Of a stretch of DNA of 64,000 nt, positions 40,548 to 54,576 are shown one piece after another (positions within the stretch are counted from its first letter, which is position 1; the number at the start of each line of letters is the position of its first letter). The notes beneath the pieces were generated by a model. The model saw nothing but the letters and a program-made list of their open reading frames with translations, was not told the DNA's origin and searched no databases. Source of the DNA: Octopus vulgaris (lineage: Eukaryota); contig OX597815.1 of NCBI GenBank assembly GCA_951406725.2, positions 61,876,001 through 61,940,000 on the forward strand, written 5' to 3'. Made by a program: the position numbers and the translations under genes.

Positions 40548-41825
40548 TTGAGAGATCTCAAAATGAGACCAATTGTGGTCGGTCCCTCGTGTGAGTCACA
40601 GAGACTCAGTAACTTTATTGACGTCCTCCTTAAACCTATTCTCCAGCATATGCCGAGCTTTATACGGGACGATCTAGACTTTTTAAACCATCTCCCGCAC
40701 AAAACAAGCAAAGACTCCCTCCTGGTTTCATTCCATGTAATGAAACCTCTACACCTCGATTCCTCACGAATACAGCATAATAGCCATACAATACTGGCTG
40801 GAAAAATTCCTAAATGACATTCCTGACAGAATCCGAAAAGAATTCATCGTTGAAGGAATAAAATTCATCCTACAGAACAACTTTTTCAATTTCAGCGAAA
40901 ACCCTTATAGACAAAAATCGGGCACAGCGATGGGAACGAGGGTAGCGCCTACTTTTGCCAACCTAGTCATGGCATACTTGGAAGTCCAAATATACGAATA
41001 CGCTAGATTGAAATTTGGAGACAATTTCCAAAAATACTTACTCACCAACTGGAAACGCAACCTGGATGACTGTTTCATCCTGTCGCCACATAACCATGAA
41101 CAACTCTCAAAATTTAAAAACTTAATCAACAGCATTAACCACAGTATCTAGTTTACAAACAAATACCCTTCCTGGACATCTTAATAATAAAGAGAGATAC
41201 TGAAATTGAAACCGACATCTTCTTCAAACCAACGGACTCAAAACAATATCTTCAGTTCTCCTACCCTTTCATCTTAGCGAGAAGAATTTGCACGATTGCA
41301 TCAAATCCCGAAACCCGAGAAAAGCGACTTCAAGAACTTTAAAATACATTACTAGATAGAAAATACCCAGCCAGTCTAATCAAAAATAGAATGGAACGTG
41401 CAAAAATGATAGACATCCAAGAGTTAGGGAAAACAAGAAAACACCATGACACACTTAAAACTCTATCTTAGGTATCAACACACAATCCAAGAAACCATGA
41501 AGTATACAACATCATCCACCAAAACATACCCCTCCTTATGAAGGACCCACGAATGAAAAAGGCACTAGAAACATAGGATTATTAAAAGCAAGAGACAATC
41601 GCAATCCCTAAAAAACTTACTCACCAGCGCCAAATTACCCACCAAAAATACAACCCCACAAGTCAAAAAGTGCAACTGCCCTAAATGCAGAACTTGCATT
41701 TTCCTCTTACAAGTCTCAACAAATTTCAGTTTGGTCAAACTTTTACCATAAAATATGACTTCACCTGTGCTTCGAAGAACTTAATCTATGTTCTTAAATG
41801 TGGAGGTTGTGGTGGTGACTATATA
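40548..41825 (+). pseudogene. Penelope-like element (Neptune-clade-like) RT, linker and start of GIY-YIG
   Basis: MRPIVVGP..SFIRDDLDFL..LYTSIPH..YRQKSGTAMGTRVAPTFANLVM..WKRNLDDCF..PFLDI..KPTD..KCNCPKCRTC..FTCASKNLIYVLKCGGCGGDYI; several stops and frameshifts. Confidence 0.93.
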
Positions 41826-42542
41826 ATATATACGTATGTATGCATGTATCTGTATATACAGAAGTAGATAGGTATTTCAACATACACTTCAAAATATATA
41901 ATATATGTGTATGTATTCTTGTGCTGTTACTTGTGTGCATGTGTGTTTGTATGTGTGCAGTGTTTATATAAGTGTTTGTGTATGTATTTCTTTGCTTATG
42001 CACAGCAGTGAACGACAATGTATGCATATGTATACGCACTTGTGTGTGTGTGTGTGTGTATACACATATGTGATTATCTGTAGGTGTTTGTATGTTTATG
42101 TACGGTGTTTATGTGCCGTAGTGACTTTGTTCTCGCTGCTTTTCTTTTTTATGAGCCAATGAGGGGGTTTGTCATTTATGGTGGTTGTGGTGGTGGTAGT
42201 GGTGGTATTTCGTGTTGGCTGGCTGGCTCGGCGGCACGTATCAATGGGTATACTATAGCGACGTCACAGTCTTTGTATTGTTTATTCAAGCAAAAGGAAG
42301 TAGTGTCGGCGGTGGCCGTGGAGCCGACGACGATGAAAGCGGTAGCGGCGGTAAAGGTGTGTTGTAGGGTTGGTGGCGGCGTTTGTTTTGTGGAAGGTGG
42401 ATTTAATGGTAACGGTGGAGGTGTTGATGGTGAAGGTGGTGTTTCTGAAAGTAATGGTGGGAGATGATATTAAGGAGCGGTAGTGTAGGTAGTTATGAAG
42501 GTGGCTAAGCACGACTGTGGGAGGAACTGTTGGAGTAAGGGA

Positions 42543-42586
<44 letters not shown>

Positions 42587-43585
42587 AAGAGAAAGTGAGA
42601 GAAAGAGAGAGGCAGACATATAGAAGGGAAGAAGGATCGTGAATGTCTGAGTTAAACAAAAATATTTTATGAATATTATAGTAAGAGAAAAAAAAATAAG
42701 ATAGAAAGTGAAAAGGAGAAAAGTGAAAAGATAGGGAAATTAGTACAGAAGAAAGAGAGTGAGAAATATAGAAACACACCGAGGCAATTTACAGAGTGGA
42801 ACAGAGAGAAAGACAGGCAGATAGACAGACAGATAGACACTCACACACACACACACAAAGATAGGTAGATTAGATTGATAGATGAGAAAAAACTTACATA
42901 TTTTACGAACTAGTAGCAAAATAAAGTACAAAGACATCAGAATCTCCCCAGCACGAAACCACAATCATCCCAGCAATAAAACATGGAAATTCTAGCCAAA
43001 ACGTTAAATCGGACAGACATCTACAACACTTTCTCGTCGATTGACGATGCATTTATTGCAAGGAGCCATTACAGCATATTTTGATATACCACGAAACAAA
43101 ACTATATTTAAAAAAAGCTACTTGATAACACAACCATCATGCACACACACACATACATACACGCACAAATACACACACATACACGCATACATGCATACAT
43201 ACATACATACATACATACATACATACATACATACATACATACATACATACATACATACATACATACATACATACATACATACATACATACATACATACAT
43301 ACATACATACATAACATCATACATAAAAGTATGCTTTAAGTATGTATATTGCTATTTTATATTCTCGATACTGCTTGAAGTTCGGGGATGCCCATCATCA
43401 CCAGTCGACTAGAGACCACGACAATTTCAATATTTTCCTACAGTATGATTTGTTAAATTAATATCAAGCAGTGGTAACTCAGGCAACTTGGAAGTCTCAG
43501 GTCCTATTAATTCCCGTGGCAACGCATTTGCTTTTCTTCATGTTGGCCTTGCCAACCCAGTGCGCACATATCCGAATCTCACAAA

Positions 43586-43877
43586 CTAAGTAGTAAAAAA
43601 AGGTTGGTGAGATTTGTGAAACTGGTGTTTAGCTTTTAAGATAGCATCAATATTTGCTTTGGAATTATTGCATCCAACCAAGAGAATTACTTTCAAATGT
43701 TCATCAGTCAACCTTGTTCGATGTGCTGACTTCACATACTCCATTATTTTGCTCACAGACGAAGTTGTTCCAAACACTGATACCATACCAGAGGCAAATG
43801 CAGGTAGTTACACAAAAGGTACAGAGCGGCTGCGGGCCGGATGAACTGACCTCGCGGGCTGTAGTTTGGTGCTCCTG
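43586..43877 (-). mobile_element. hAT (SPIN/Charlie-like) deletion derivative: 5' terminus fused to transposase C-terminus
   Basis: End CAGGAGCACCAAACTACAGCCCGCG; MVSVFGTT..KSAHRTRLTDEHLKVIL..HQFHKSH dimerisation-domain motif. Confidence 0.78.
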
Positions 43878-44508
43878 CTCTATACTGTGACATACATTGA
43901 ACCCTAATCATTGTTAGGTAGAATCAGCTGCTCCTCTCAGTTTTGTTCTTTCCCCTCACATACCTAAACCACGTTCATGATGAAGCGTTATCAGCTTCTG
44001 TCTGTAGTTTGTCATTCATTAATCCGCTATTGCTTCCAAGTCCAATGCCAGACAAATAGCACAATGGGTCAAGCTACAACCACCACGACATTCCACCACC
44101 ATTGAAAGTACATTTTACTGCTGATCTCGTGCCTTACATGCCTCATCGAGTTCTCCATATTTTAAGCATTTGTTTTCATCTGGTCCTTCCAAAATGTCTT
44201 CCCAAGTCATCGGTAAATTTCCAGACATTTAAATACACACGCGCACGCGCGCGCATTGAGTAAAAGGAAAGGCTTCATCACAAAAGCAAGCAGCTAAATG
44301 CCGTACACGGTGAATTGTTATTTTATCAAAATGCTTCTTAGGGGGACAGAGAAGGAAAATAAAAGCTATCACCAGGTGAAAGAGAAGAGTTGATTATTCT
44401 GAATAAGAAGGGGAAAAAATTTCAAGAAGATTTAGAATATCCTGATTGATTTAACATCCTTAGGAACAAAGAATAATATAATCCTTTGTTTCGGAGACAA
44501 GGGATAAA

Positions 44509-44546
44509 TATATCTGTGTTTCGGTCTAGGTTTGACCTCATCAGTA
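44509..44546 (-). ncRNA. Hammerhead-like motif, canonical core, weak stems I and III
   Basis: UA-CUGAUGA-GGUC-AAACCUA-GACC-GAAAC-ACAG-AUA-UA. Confidence 0.55.
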
Positions 44547-45204
44547 AAACGTAATCTTTCCCGTCTCTGAACAAATATGAATGATTATATACGTAATGTG
44601 TTTAGTACATAGATAGCCCCGGGTAATTTGCATAATATAATAATATAAAAGGAAAGAACTAAAACTATGCAACTCAGAAGGGCCAGTGATATAAAGTCGG
44701 ATTACGCAGTGCCGTACGCTATAGTTCTTCACAGCTAACGAAAGAAAGACAAACGTAACGATTATTGCAAAATCAGAAAGGGAGATAATTTGAAGAAATT
44801 TGAAATACCGTCATGATCGGACTAAAATTAAAGGAAAATAACTATATTTGTTTTAAAGACGCCCTTTGGCTTCATTAGCATAGCTAGGCCTTTGTGTGTA
44901 TATGTGTGTAGGTGTGTATGTGTATACATTCATTCATATAGACATACATACGCACACTTACATACATGCATACATACATACATACATACATACATACATA
45001 CATACTTGCATATTCAGATGCATGCGCATTCGTATTTTTGGGAGGATGCGTGTGTTTAAATAGATACTATGAATGTGTGTGATTGGGTGTACATATAGGC
45101 TATGTATGTATGTATATACGCACACATATAATATTCATATATGTGTGTATATATATATATATACATATTTATATATATAGAGAGAGACATATATATATAT
45201 ATAT

Positions 45205-45252
<48 letters not shown>

Positions 45253-45275
45253 TGTATATTTATATTATATATGTA

Positions 45276-45344
<69 letters not shown>

Positions 45345-46072
45345 TATATGTGTGTGTGTGTTATATATATATATATATATATATGCATAATAGTGAAATG
45401 TCTGCCTGACCGACTTTAGTATATCACCTCCTCCACCATTACCACATACTTCCTTCGCAGCCGTCATCACCACAATAAGAATTTCCCTTCTCGTCTATTA
45501 TCGCCCACCCCAGTTTCTAGGTTAGCACCACCAACACCAACCACCAGCGCTATTTCGTCATGTCACCCCCACTAGTACTCTCTTTCACATCCATAGCAAC
45601 CACCGTCACCACCACAAAGCATCTACTACTACTACTACTACTACCATCGTCACTACACTCTCCCCTGCAGTAACACGTCCCCATCGCCATCACCAATAAC
45701 AGCAGCAGGTAACACCACAACCATCGCCGCTACCATCACCATCACCATAACCCCCACCACCACCAGTCTACCATTACTTGGTGTACATACATGACCACGA
45801 ATACCCACCAACCTACACCGCTATAATACCACCACTGCCACCACCACCACCACCACCACCACCACCATCACCACCGCCGCCTCCACTGTTCCCCTCCCCC
45901 TTCCCACCACCACCCCTATATTGCGTGTTCGTTAAAGCCCAATTGTTTATTTTAGAAAGCGGTGTCGTTGGTTTCTGTAAGAAGAGGGCGACGAGACTGA
46001 TCACATCCGAAGTGGGTGTGGCGGTGTACAGTCATGCTGTGTGTTTAGAACGATTCTGTGTGTATGTGAGTA

Positions 46073-46107
<35 letters not shown>

Positions 46108-46179
46108 TTGTCTGTCTTTGTGTACGTATGTCTTTATCATGGGTATGTGTTTGAAGCCTACGCCGTCTACATACGTTTG

Positions 46180-46214
<35 letters not shown>

Positions 46215-46611
46215 TACAAACAATACGTGTTCATGTGTATTGAACTACAATGGTGGTTGTTGTAGGTGAGGGGTGATGCTGGGGTGATAGTGATGCTGGT
46301 GATGATGGCTGTTTTGGTGGTGATGGTGGTGGTTGCAATAGCGGTAGTGGTAATGAAGGTGGAGCTGGCGATGGTAGTTGTACCGGTGGTGATGGTGGTT
46401 GTGATGAATGTGTTGGTGACGGTGAAGGTGGTGAATAAATCAGTGAATGCTGTTAATGGTGTGATGTAGTACGAATGCGGTAATAATAATAGTTTTCATT
46501 TTAGTCCAAGATCAAATTTTGAACAAAGACTTTCTAACTGTGACCACCCCATCAGTCAGTATGTCCTTCGTTAAGTCGGTAGTTTGCTCCATTAGTTACC
46601 ATAGTTACTAT

Positions 46612-46847
46612 CAGGGCCAGTTTTAAGTCAATTAGACAGATTTGTTCAAATTAGACGCCGTGCGAAAAGTGGATTCTATGATGAATTTTTAGTTGTGGCG
46701 AATCGTGGAACCTCGAGCTCTCAACGCTTTTTGGCCAGGACCGGCATACTACATGAAGCACAAGACATCAATCTTCAGCTTTTATTGAGTGGAGGGCCCC
46801 TATCGACAATTGTCAAATTGGCCCCGCACTTCCTAACGCCGGTCCAG
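46612..46847. mobile_element. Probable hAT MITE
   Basis: CAGGGCCAG.. / ..GCCGGTCCAG ends; 8-bp near-duplication gttactat / ggtactat. Confidence 0.5.
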
Positions 46848-47447
46848 GTACTATTTTTTGTATGAGAGCTTCGTATTTTGTCTTGTCATTGTTGGAGGTG
46901 TAGAACGGTGGTGGTGGTGGTGTTGTTGGTGGTGTTCTCGATGGCGTTGGTGGTAGTGTTGGCGGTGGTTGTCATGGCGGGCTTGCTGGTCTTGTAGTGA
47001 TTGTAGAGTAGTGGTGGTGGTGGTGCTTCTGCTGGTGTCGATAATGATGACGTTAATAATGTCAATACGGCGACTGACACTTTGTGGCCATGCTGGGGCA
47101 CCACCTTGAAAGCATTTTATACAATCATATTGACCCGATACTTATCCTATGTATTACATTTACCGAATCACTAAATTACAGTGACGCAAACAAACGAACT
47201 CAGGTAGTCAAGCGGTGGTGGGATTCAAACACAAACACACACATGCATGAAACTATTCGTTACTGGCAAATCAGTATGAACAGATAGCTTGTTCCACGCT
47301 TTCACTAATTATTTTAGGTGCCTGTGTAGTCGTGATCGGACGTAGATATCATGTCAGCCTTTGCCCTCCCAAACGCTGATGCAACATTCAGAATGTAAAA
47401 GTTCGAGGAAGAGAATAGTGTATCTGTACTCAGGTGGTATTCGTTTT

Positions 47448-48545
47448 GGATCTTTTCACTTTGACCGGCAGATTTTTAAATAATTTCTTTGTGACTAAAC
47501 ACTTTTAAACTTCGTATACTGGTAGTGTGTTATATAAAACATCTTTTTCTCTTGGCTTTCTTGAGAAAATTCTGTAGTTTGTAAGCTATTTGTTATTTAA
47601 TTTCTTGCATTTAGGCAATTTCAACAAATCAATGACGTCTATTGAGGTGAATACAATATCTGCCGTATTTTGTCAACAACATTTTCTGGCGGTGTCATAT
47701 GAATTTGTCACTGTTATTTATGAGAAAAAAGATACCATGTGGCCATAAACTGAGGGGGTCACTCGTAAACAGAGCTGGATAACAAAACCGTTCCCTCTTC
47801 AGTGTCCACCCATAATTATGACCGTAGTATCGATCTATTGCATTTCAATCTGTTTTAGGGTTAGGGTTAAGGTTAGAGTTAGGGTTAGGGTTAGGGTTGG
47901 GTTAGGGTTAGGGTTATGGTTAGGGTTAGAGTTAGGGTTAGCGTTGGAGTTAGAGTTAGGGTTAGGGTTAGGGTTAGGGTTGGGGTTATGGTTAGGGTTA
48001 GAGTTAGGGTTAGGGTTGGGGTTAGAGTTAGGTTTAGGGTTAGGGTTAGGGTTAGGGGTTAAGGTGGGGGAAGGGTACCTCTTTTTCTTCAGAAATGTAA
48101 ATAAACCCAATCTGTTTCTTAAACGAATATATAATATGTAATGTGTGTAACTGTGCAACAGAGACGGAAATTAAAACTGCATATGTTGTGAACTTAAAAT
48201 ATGTGTTTATTAATAAAAGTTTAATAACGATAATCTTTTATTCATACGAACGTAACTGATAAGAAATATGTCATAAATAACAGTGACAAATTCATATGAC
48301 ACCGCCAGAAAATGTTGACAAAATATGGCAGATATTGTATTCACCTCAATAGACGTCATTGATTGGTTGAAATTGCCTAAATGCAAGAAATTAAACAACA
48401 AATAGCTTACAAACTACAGAATTTTCTCAAGAAAGCCAAGAGAAAAAGATGTTTTATGTAACACACTACCAGTATACGAAGTTTTAAAATGTTTAAGTTA
48501 CAAAGAAATTATTTTAAAAATCTGCCGGTCAAAGTGAAAAGATCC
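47448..48545. mobile_element. Non-autonomous DNA transposon with ~275-bp TIRs and 8-bp TSD, carrying a telomeric repeat array
   Basis: 47448-47723 is the reverse complement of 48271-48545; GGATC termini; ttcgtttt / ctcgtttt flanks; interrupts an older SINE. Confidence 0.93.
47855..48062 (+). repeat. Degenerate (TTAGGG)n interstitial telomere-like array
   Basis: ~34 hexamers with TTAGAG, TTATGG and TTGGGG variants. Confidence 0.97.
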
Positions 48546-49164
48546 CTCGTTTTTAGCTGAGTACACTAGAGCAACTTGAAATGAAGCGCTTTAAACCAAA
48601 ACATAACGTACCTTCCAGTCCTGGAATCGAAACCACACTCTTGTGATTGTGAACTTGTGTGGACGCCCCCAGACGATGAAGTAGACTAGCCTAAAACGTA
48701 GATACAGTGGGAGAAGTCTAGACGTCAGAGAGTAGCAGAATAGAGAGTAGAGTGTAGTAGTAGAGGCATCCGAACGTGCGACATAACAGAACTCAACCAT
48801 CTTACCACTTGGCTACGCACCTACAAACATACACACAGCCACTAAAAAAGGAAAATGAACTTTCCTGATAAAAACCTATGAATGAGTAACTAAAGAAAAT
48901 AATTGAGTGAAACGTCCTTTGTTCTAATGTTAAGGACAAATGAGATTTAAGTCAATATGCAGGCTAAAACCTGAAAAGTAGGGCACCTAGTTTCAATTAG
49001 CAAAAATAATCACCACTCACATAATTAAGTTACTAATCAACAGCAATATTCGTCGCTATGAACCATGCAGTACTGGAAATTGTGGTAAGTCATATCTATA
49101 TCTGTACAGTTATAATAAATATTGTGGAAACTTATAACTATATCTATAACATCGATTACTGAAG

Positions 49165-49660
49165 TGTTGTGCACGTCCACGGAAGGAAGAGCTTAATAAC
49201 ATCAGGAATAGCAAAAGTGTCTCAATTAAGTTTAAGTAAGGGATACTACGAACGCTCATTTGGCCATAAGGCATTAATGGTTGTGAAGCATAGACTCTCA
49301 ACTAATCTGAAAAGAACATAGCCAATGCGTTTGATTTATGGGTGCATTGGCGATGGTACGAGTTTCTTACAAGGGTCATCGGACAAACAGAGGGATGCCA
49401 CAACAAGTAGGTGAGAGATGACAACTCGTGAACATTGTGAAAGAACATTCGAAGCAGAAGTCTGGAAAAAAATTATCATGGAAGGAAGGATAGAGGGAGA
49501 TCAGAAGGCAGGCAAAGAATACAATGGTTGGACAATAACACAAACTGGTAAGACAAAAATAGCAAAATGGCTGGAGAACATGCACTTAATCGGTAACACT
49601 TTCGCTGTGGAGTCATCAAAGCGTCACAGGAGTAAGATACATGACGACGACGACGACGAC
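49165..49660 (+). mobile_element. Decayed RTE-clade LINE 3' end
   Basis: LRTLIWP..GCEA*TL..NAFDLW..LEKIIMEGRIEG; (GAC)n tail. Confidence 0.68.
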
Positions 49661-50231
49661 AACGTACTTTAGGATTTGTCCAGCTTTGGCAAATATCAGT
49701 TAGACCAATATAACCAGTTATAAAAGATATTGGTTCTGCTCTGGTTTAATTCCTAGACGAGGAAGGAGCAGGAGAAACAGGAGGAATAATGTTCCTCTGT
49801 GATCACCTTTCGGGTATACACGCATTCTCTCTACTCTCTCTCTCTCTCTCTCTCTCACACACATACACACGCACACGTACAAAGGTATACACACACACAC
49901 ACACGTACGCACGTACGCACGTATACACATACACATATATATATACATCCATCCATGCATCCATCCATCAATCCATATATATACATACATGCATACTTAC
50001 GTACGAACATATGTATAGACATATGCAGAACTTACACACACATACATACATGCATACATACATACATACATACATACATACAAGCATTCATAAGTGCATA
50101 CATACACACATGCATACATACATACATAATACATACAAACATACATACATACATACATACATACATACATACATACATACATAAATTTGTACCATTGGAA
50201 ATCTATTGACACCGCGCGTATGATAATTTAC

Positions 50232-50363
50232 CATGAACCTACGACGATGGTGGAACATTTTGCGTTTAGCTATCGTACGGCGCCCATCGACCGCCACTGT
50301 GAAGACAGAACACTTTCCAAATATAATAATATAAAGAAGAAGAAGAGAAATAAAAGCCGCCAT
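50232..50363 (-). CDS. Candidate first coding exon of a secreted protein (signal peptide plus basic propeptide)
   Basis: aatcATGG Kozak context; MAAFISLLLLYIIIFGKCSVFTVAVDG-RRTIAKRKMFHHRRRFM (44 codons); donor ATG|gtaaat, phase 0; CpG-rich unique island. Confidence 0.55.
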
Positions 50364-50449
50364 GATTTCCGTTGTGAATGAAACACGTTCTCACTGTTCA
50401 GCATTCGGTGTAGGGTGAAAATAGGAACATTTCCTTCGGGAACGGAACT

Positions 50450-50520
<71 letters not shown>

Positions 50521-50542
50521 CGCGCGCGATGGCATGTGCGCG

Positions 50543-50582
<40 letters not shown>

Positions 50583-51002
50583 ATGTATATACATAATTTT
50601 GCTCATACGGGCGAATGTATACATGCATGTATGCATATATCTTTGGATACATGTACGCAAAGATTAATGTTAGCAACGATAGGATATACTTGTGTAAGTA
50701 TGATTGAATCTATGTATAATTGTGTATCTTTTGTGTAAGTGTATGTGTGTGAGCGCGCGCTTGTGTGTATGTGTGTGTGTTAGAGTGTGTGCCCATATAT
50801 GAGTATGTTAGTCATTCGTGTAGCTGTTCTTTGTGCATGCTTCAGCGTACGTGTTAATACATATGCTAACGTCTGCATATACACACACACATACATACGC
50901 ACGTATATGCATACATATATACATACGTGTATATATATATATATATAATTTAAGTTTATATGCACTACACAATATAGGCAGCACTTTTCTTCAAATATAT
51001 GT

Positions 51003-51057
<55 letters not shown>

Positions 51058-51294
51058 AGAAATATACTATGTTAAAATATATTTAACCATTGGATATACT
51101 CATTTAACGACAATTGTTTCGCAGCTTAAGAAAACATGTATAAGTAATTTATTTTATTATATTTGATAAGTGATAAATTTATCATTACTTGTATCGTACT
51201 ATATAGTCTATATGTTTTGTAGTGATGCATTAAAGCGGTTTTTTATGATTCTTACCGGATTACTTGAATCCATATATTGTGACATATATATGTA

Positions 51295-51351
<57 letters not shown>

Positions 51352-51404
51352 TACTCTATGTGTGTAAGTATGTGTCTGTCTGTGTCTGTCTGCCAGTCTG
51401 TCTG

Positions 51405-51435
<31 letters not shown>

Positions 51436-52648
51436 AAATAAATAAATAAAATCAGACGTATATGAAGAAAATTATGGTCCTGCGTGCTGGGTCAAAAATG
51501 TCGCAAGAGGCACAGATCATTTCGTATAAATGCTGGTTTATTTATAAATATGGTTTATTTCCTCTGGCTTATATAAAAATGATGTATGAAAATAGATATA
51601 TATGGAAGCAAAACGTTACTAATAATGAAGTAGAAAGTATGCAAATTACAGGGAAAACAGAAATATTTAGATGAAGTAAAGTGAGCACTGTTTAAAGGTA
51701 TATAGTTGCACGAAATATATTGAAGTGGTTGAGAAATAATGGGGCAAAGTTAGAAGATAAAGATATAAATGTTGTGTATAAAGTTAATAACGGGTGTGAA
51801 CTTATACAATAACATCTGTAATAGATCTGTGAAGGTATAAGCTTATGGGGATAAGAACTTGTGTTTTAAGGGGAGCCTTTCAATGTGGTAGCTGCTACCC
51901 ACAGAATATCTAATTTATTTTCGTTTTTCTATTTTTGTATGAGACATTTTTCAGCTTCATTGTTTAATTTTTATATCATCCGCTTAGATTAATTTGTTAT
52001 CAAAATCAATATCACGTACTTGCAACTTCCATACCCAATTCGATAATGTTTTGCATTTTTTTTATATGCCAGAAGTAACAGTGTTTAAATTTTCTTTCTA
52101 CCATGCATATAGATGTTATTGTTTACAAACTATTTTAAGGATAGCTTGCTTGAGTTGACGTCTGCGTCGTAGAGATTGCGTCGACAAAACCTCTCATATT
52201 TAGACTTCAAGAATATTTCAAAACATTCTGAAGTTTATTATGGGCAAATATGAATTTCCTCATGTGCGAGCAGCTCAAAGCTTGTTCCTGTATAAATGAA
52301 TAATAAACATTTGAACAACAAAATGTTTTGAAATAATGGACTATTTATGATTATTCAATCAAAATTTGAACCGAAGATAGTTCGCGTCTAACATTACGAG
52401 GAACTCTACGTCATACAACGCAGAATAGATAAGCGAAAAACTTTAAACAGTTAAATCAAAGGATATTAAGTAAAGACCCTGAATAAACTGCACTGGTATT
52501 ATAGTGAGGTTGCAATTGCAACAGTTACTAATCAGTGCAGTTGAAACATGTATAGATCTATGTAAAGCTGTATATATATAAAAAGAATTAAAGGTAATGC
52601 TATGCTACTTCGTAATAATAATTTTATTATTATTGCTGATATAGAGTA

Positions 52649-52797
<149 letters not shown>

Positions 52798-52875
52798 TCT
52801 TTTACTTGTTTCAGTCATTTGACTGTAGCCATGCTGGAGCACCGACTTATATATATATGTAAGTATGTATGTATG

Positions 52876-52955
<80 letters not shown>

Positions 52956-52974
52956 TGTATGTATGTATGTATGC

Positions 52975-53195
52975 ATATGTGTCTGAGTTTGTATCTGTGC
53001 TTGTCTCCTTGCCCACCATCATTTGGCAACCGATGTTGATGTGTCTACGTCCCCGTGACTTAGCAGTTCGGCAAAAGAAACCGTTAGAATAAGTGCTAAG
53101 CTTACAAGGAAAAGTCCTGGGGTCGATTTCTTCGACTAATGGTGATGTTCCAGCATGGCCGCAGTCAAATGACTGAAACACGTAAAAGAATAAAA
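52975..53195 (+). mobile_element. SINE 3' half (same family as 28944-29355); an inverted tail copy lies at 52796-52845
   Basis: Sequence similarity. Confidence 0.85.
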
Positions 53196-53209
53196 GTATA
53201 TATATATAT

Positions 53210-53725
53210 ATTTATTCTTGTATATTTTTCAGCCCGAGGCTGTGGCCATGCTGGGGCATCGCCAGTGTAATCACCTTTTAATTGGCCAATTCTATGTGAC
53301 GGCTTTTGGTGAAGGAGGGAGTTCGATGCTGCTGCCCACTTTTTAGTTTCCTGTCTTGATATTGGTTCATATGGGACCTTGGATAGCAAGAGGTCAAGTT
53401 GTTTCTTGAAAACATCTACCTCCACTCCATGGAGATCCCTCAGATGTTTTGGCAAGGTATTAATAGCTGTGGGCCCTTGGATCCCAAGCTATTACAGTAC
53501 ATGGTTCTCACCTTAGATGAGACAGCCGAGACTTTTGGAACAATGCAGTGATTTCCAATTCCAAGTCTGGAATAACTCTCAATTCCAAAGTTTGGTACCA
53601 GCCCCTCCAGCATCTTTCCCACATATATCACTGCATACCTCATCTATCTTCACTCCAGGGAGTAGAGTCGTAGCTCTCTCAGTCTCTCCCAGTAGTTTAG
53701 CTGTCCCTTTGATGCAATCTTCCTC
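53210..53725 (-). mobile_element. CR1-group LINE 3' end
   Basis: LNYWERLRELRLYSLE*R..IYVGKMLEGLVPN..GPQL..LPKHLRDLHGVEVDVFKKQLDLLLSKVPYEP..SNSL; conserved stem-loop tail. Confidence 0.88.
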
Positions 53726-53859
53726 ATGTAGTATCTAAACGCAGAAGTAAATCTGCCTTCAACTCAGTCACGTGCCTGTGTTTCGGTATTTTTTGCGTGT
53801 TATACTACATAAAGGTCATCAACTGCCTACTCTGACTAATTACTGACGGCACGTGCCTG

Positions 53860-53935
<76 letters not shown>

Positions 53936-54094
53936 ATGATATATATACATGCATACTTACATATATATCAGAAATTCTTCGCTTGCATATTTTGAATTTG
54001 TTGGCACTGTTAGTTTGAACGGATCTTCGGAGGTGAAAAGTCGCCAAAAGGGTATGCTCCTACTTTCAGTGTTTACAAATCCGAATTAAGGAAT

Positions 54095-54156
54095 TTTGAG
54101 CTGACGAAAGAAATGTCGAATTGTATTTGGCTGATCTAGAAACGTACGTTCTCAAA
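54095..54156 (+). ncRNA. Type I hammerhead ribozyme, canonical core, extended stem II
   Basis: UUUGAG-CUGACGA-AAGA..GUCGAA/UUUGGC..UCUA-GAAAC-GUAC-GUU-CUCAAA; downstream 54230-54450 is homologous to 28125-28339 (-). Confidence 0.85.
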
Positions 54157-54542
54157 TAAGCTTTGCACTTGTGATTTTTTTATGTTTTTACCCCCATACC
54201 TTCGTGGGCTATTTTGAGTAAGCACTATCTGAGAGAAATTTTCTTTAAGTATTAGAAATGGCTAAAAAATTATTTTTGGGCTGCTATTTCTAATGAGTTC
54301 AGTATGTGGCAAAGTAATTTATTTTACTAAGCCCTTTATTTTACTAAGCCCTTTATAAAATGTAATATTTTGAATTCGCCTTAAATGGTTCCCTTTACAT
54401 ACTGAATACTTGGTGAAATTGATTAATAATTAATTAATTTTACCCTCAATTGTTGAAATTATATATAGTTATTTCGATCTTGGAAGGATGGACTTGGTGA
54501 TAACTTAACTGTATCTATTTTATTATTTTTTATTATTATTAC

Positions 54543-54576
<34 letters not shown>

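Noticed and set aside
45778-46469. Proline-rich and Val/Met-rich ORFs
   Set aside because: They derive from (CCA)n/(GGT)n low-complexity tracts with no splice or homology support.
47855-48062. True telomere or chromosome-fusion scar
   Set aside because: Short, degenerate, in a single orientation and enclosed by transposon TIRs with a TSD.
53755-53826. Hammerhead-like UUGAUGA...GAAACAC on minus
   Set aside because: Uncompensated C3U, no NUH triplet and poor stem II.
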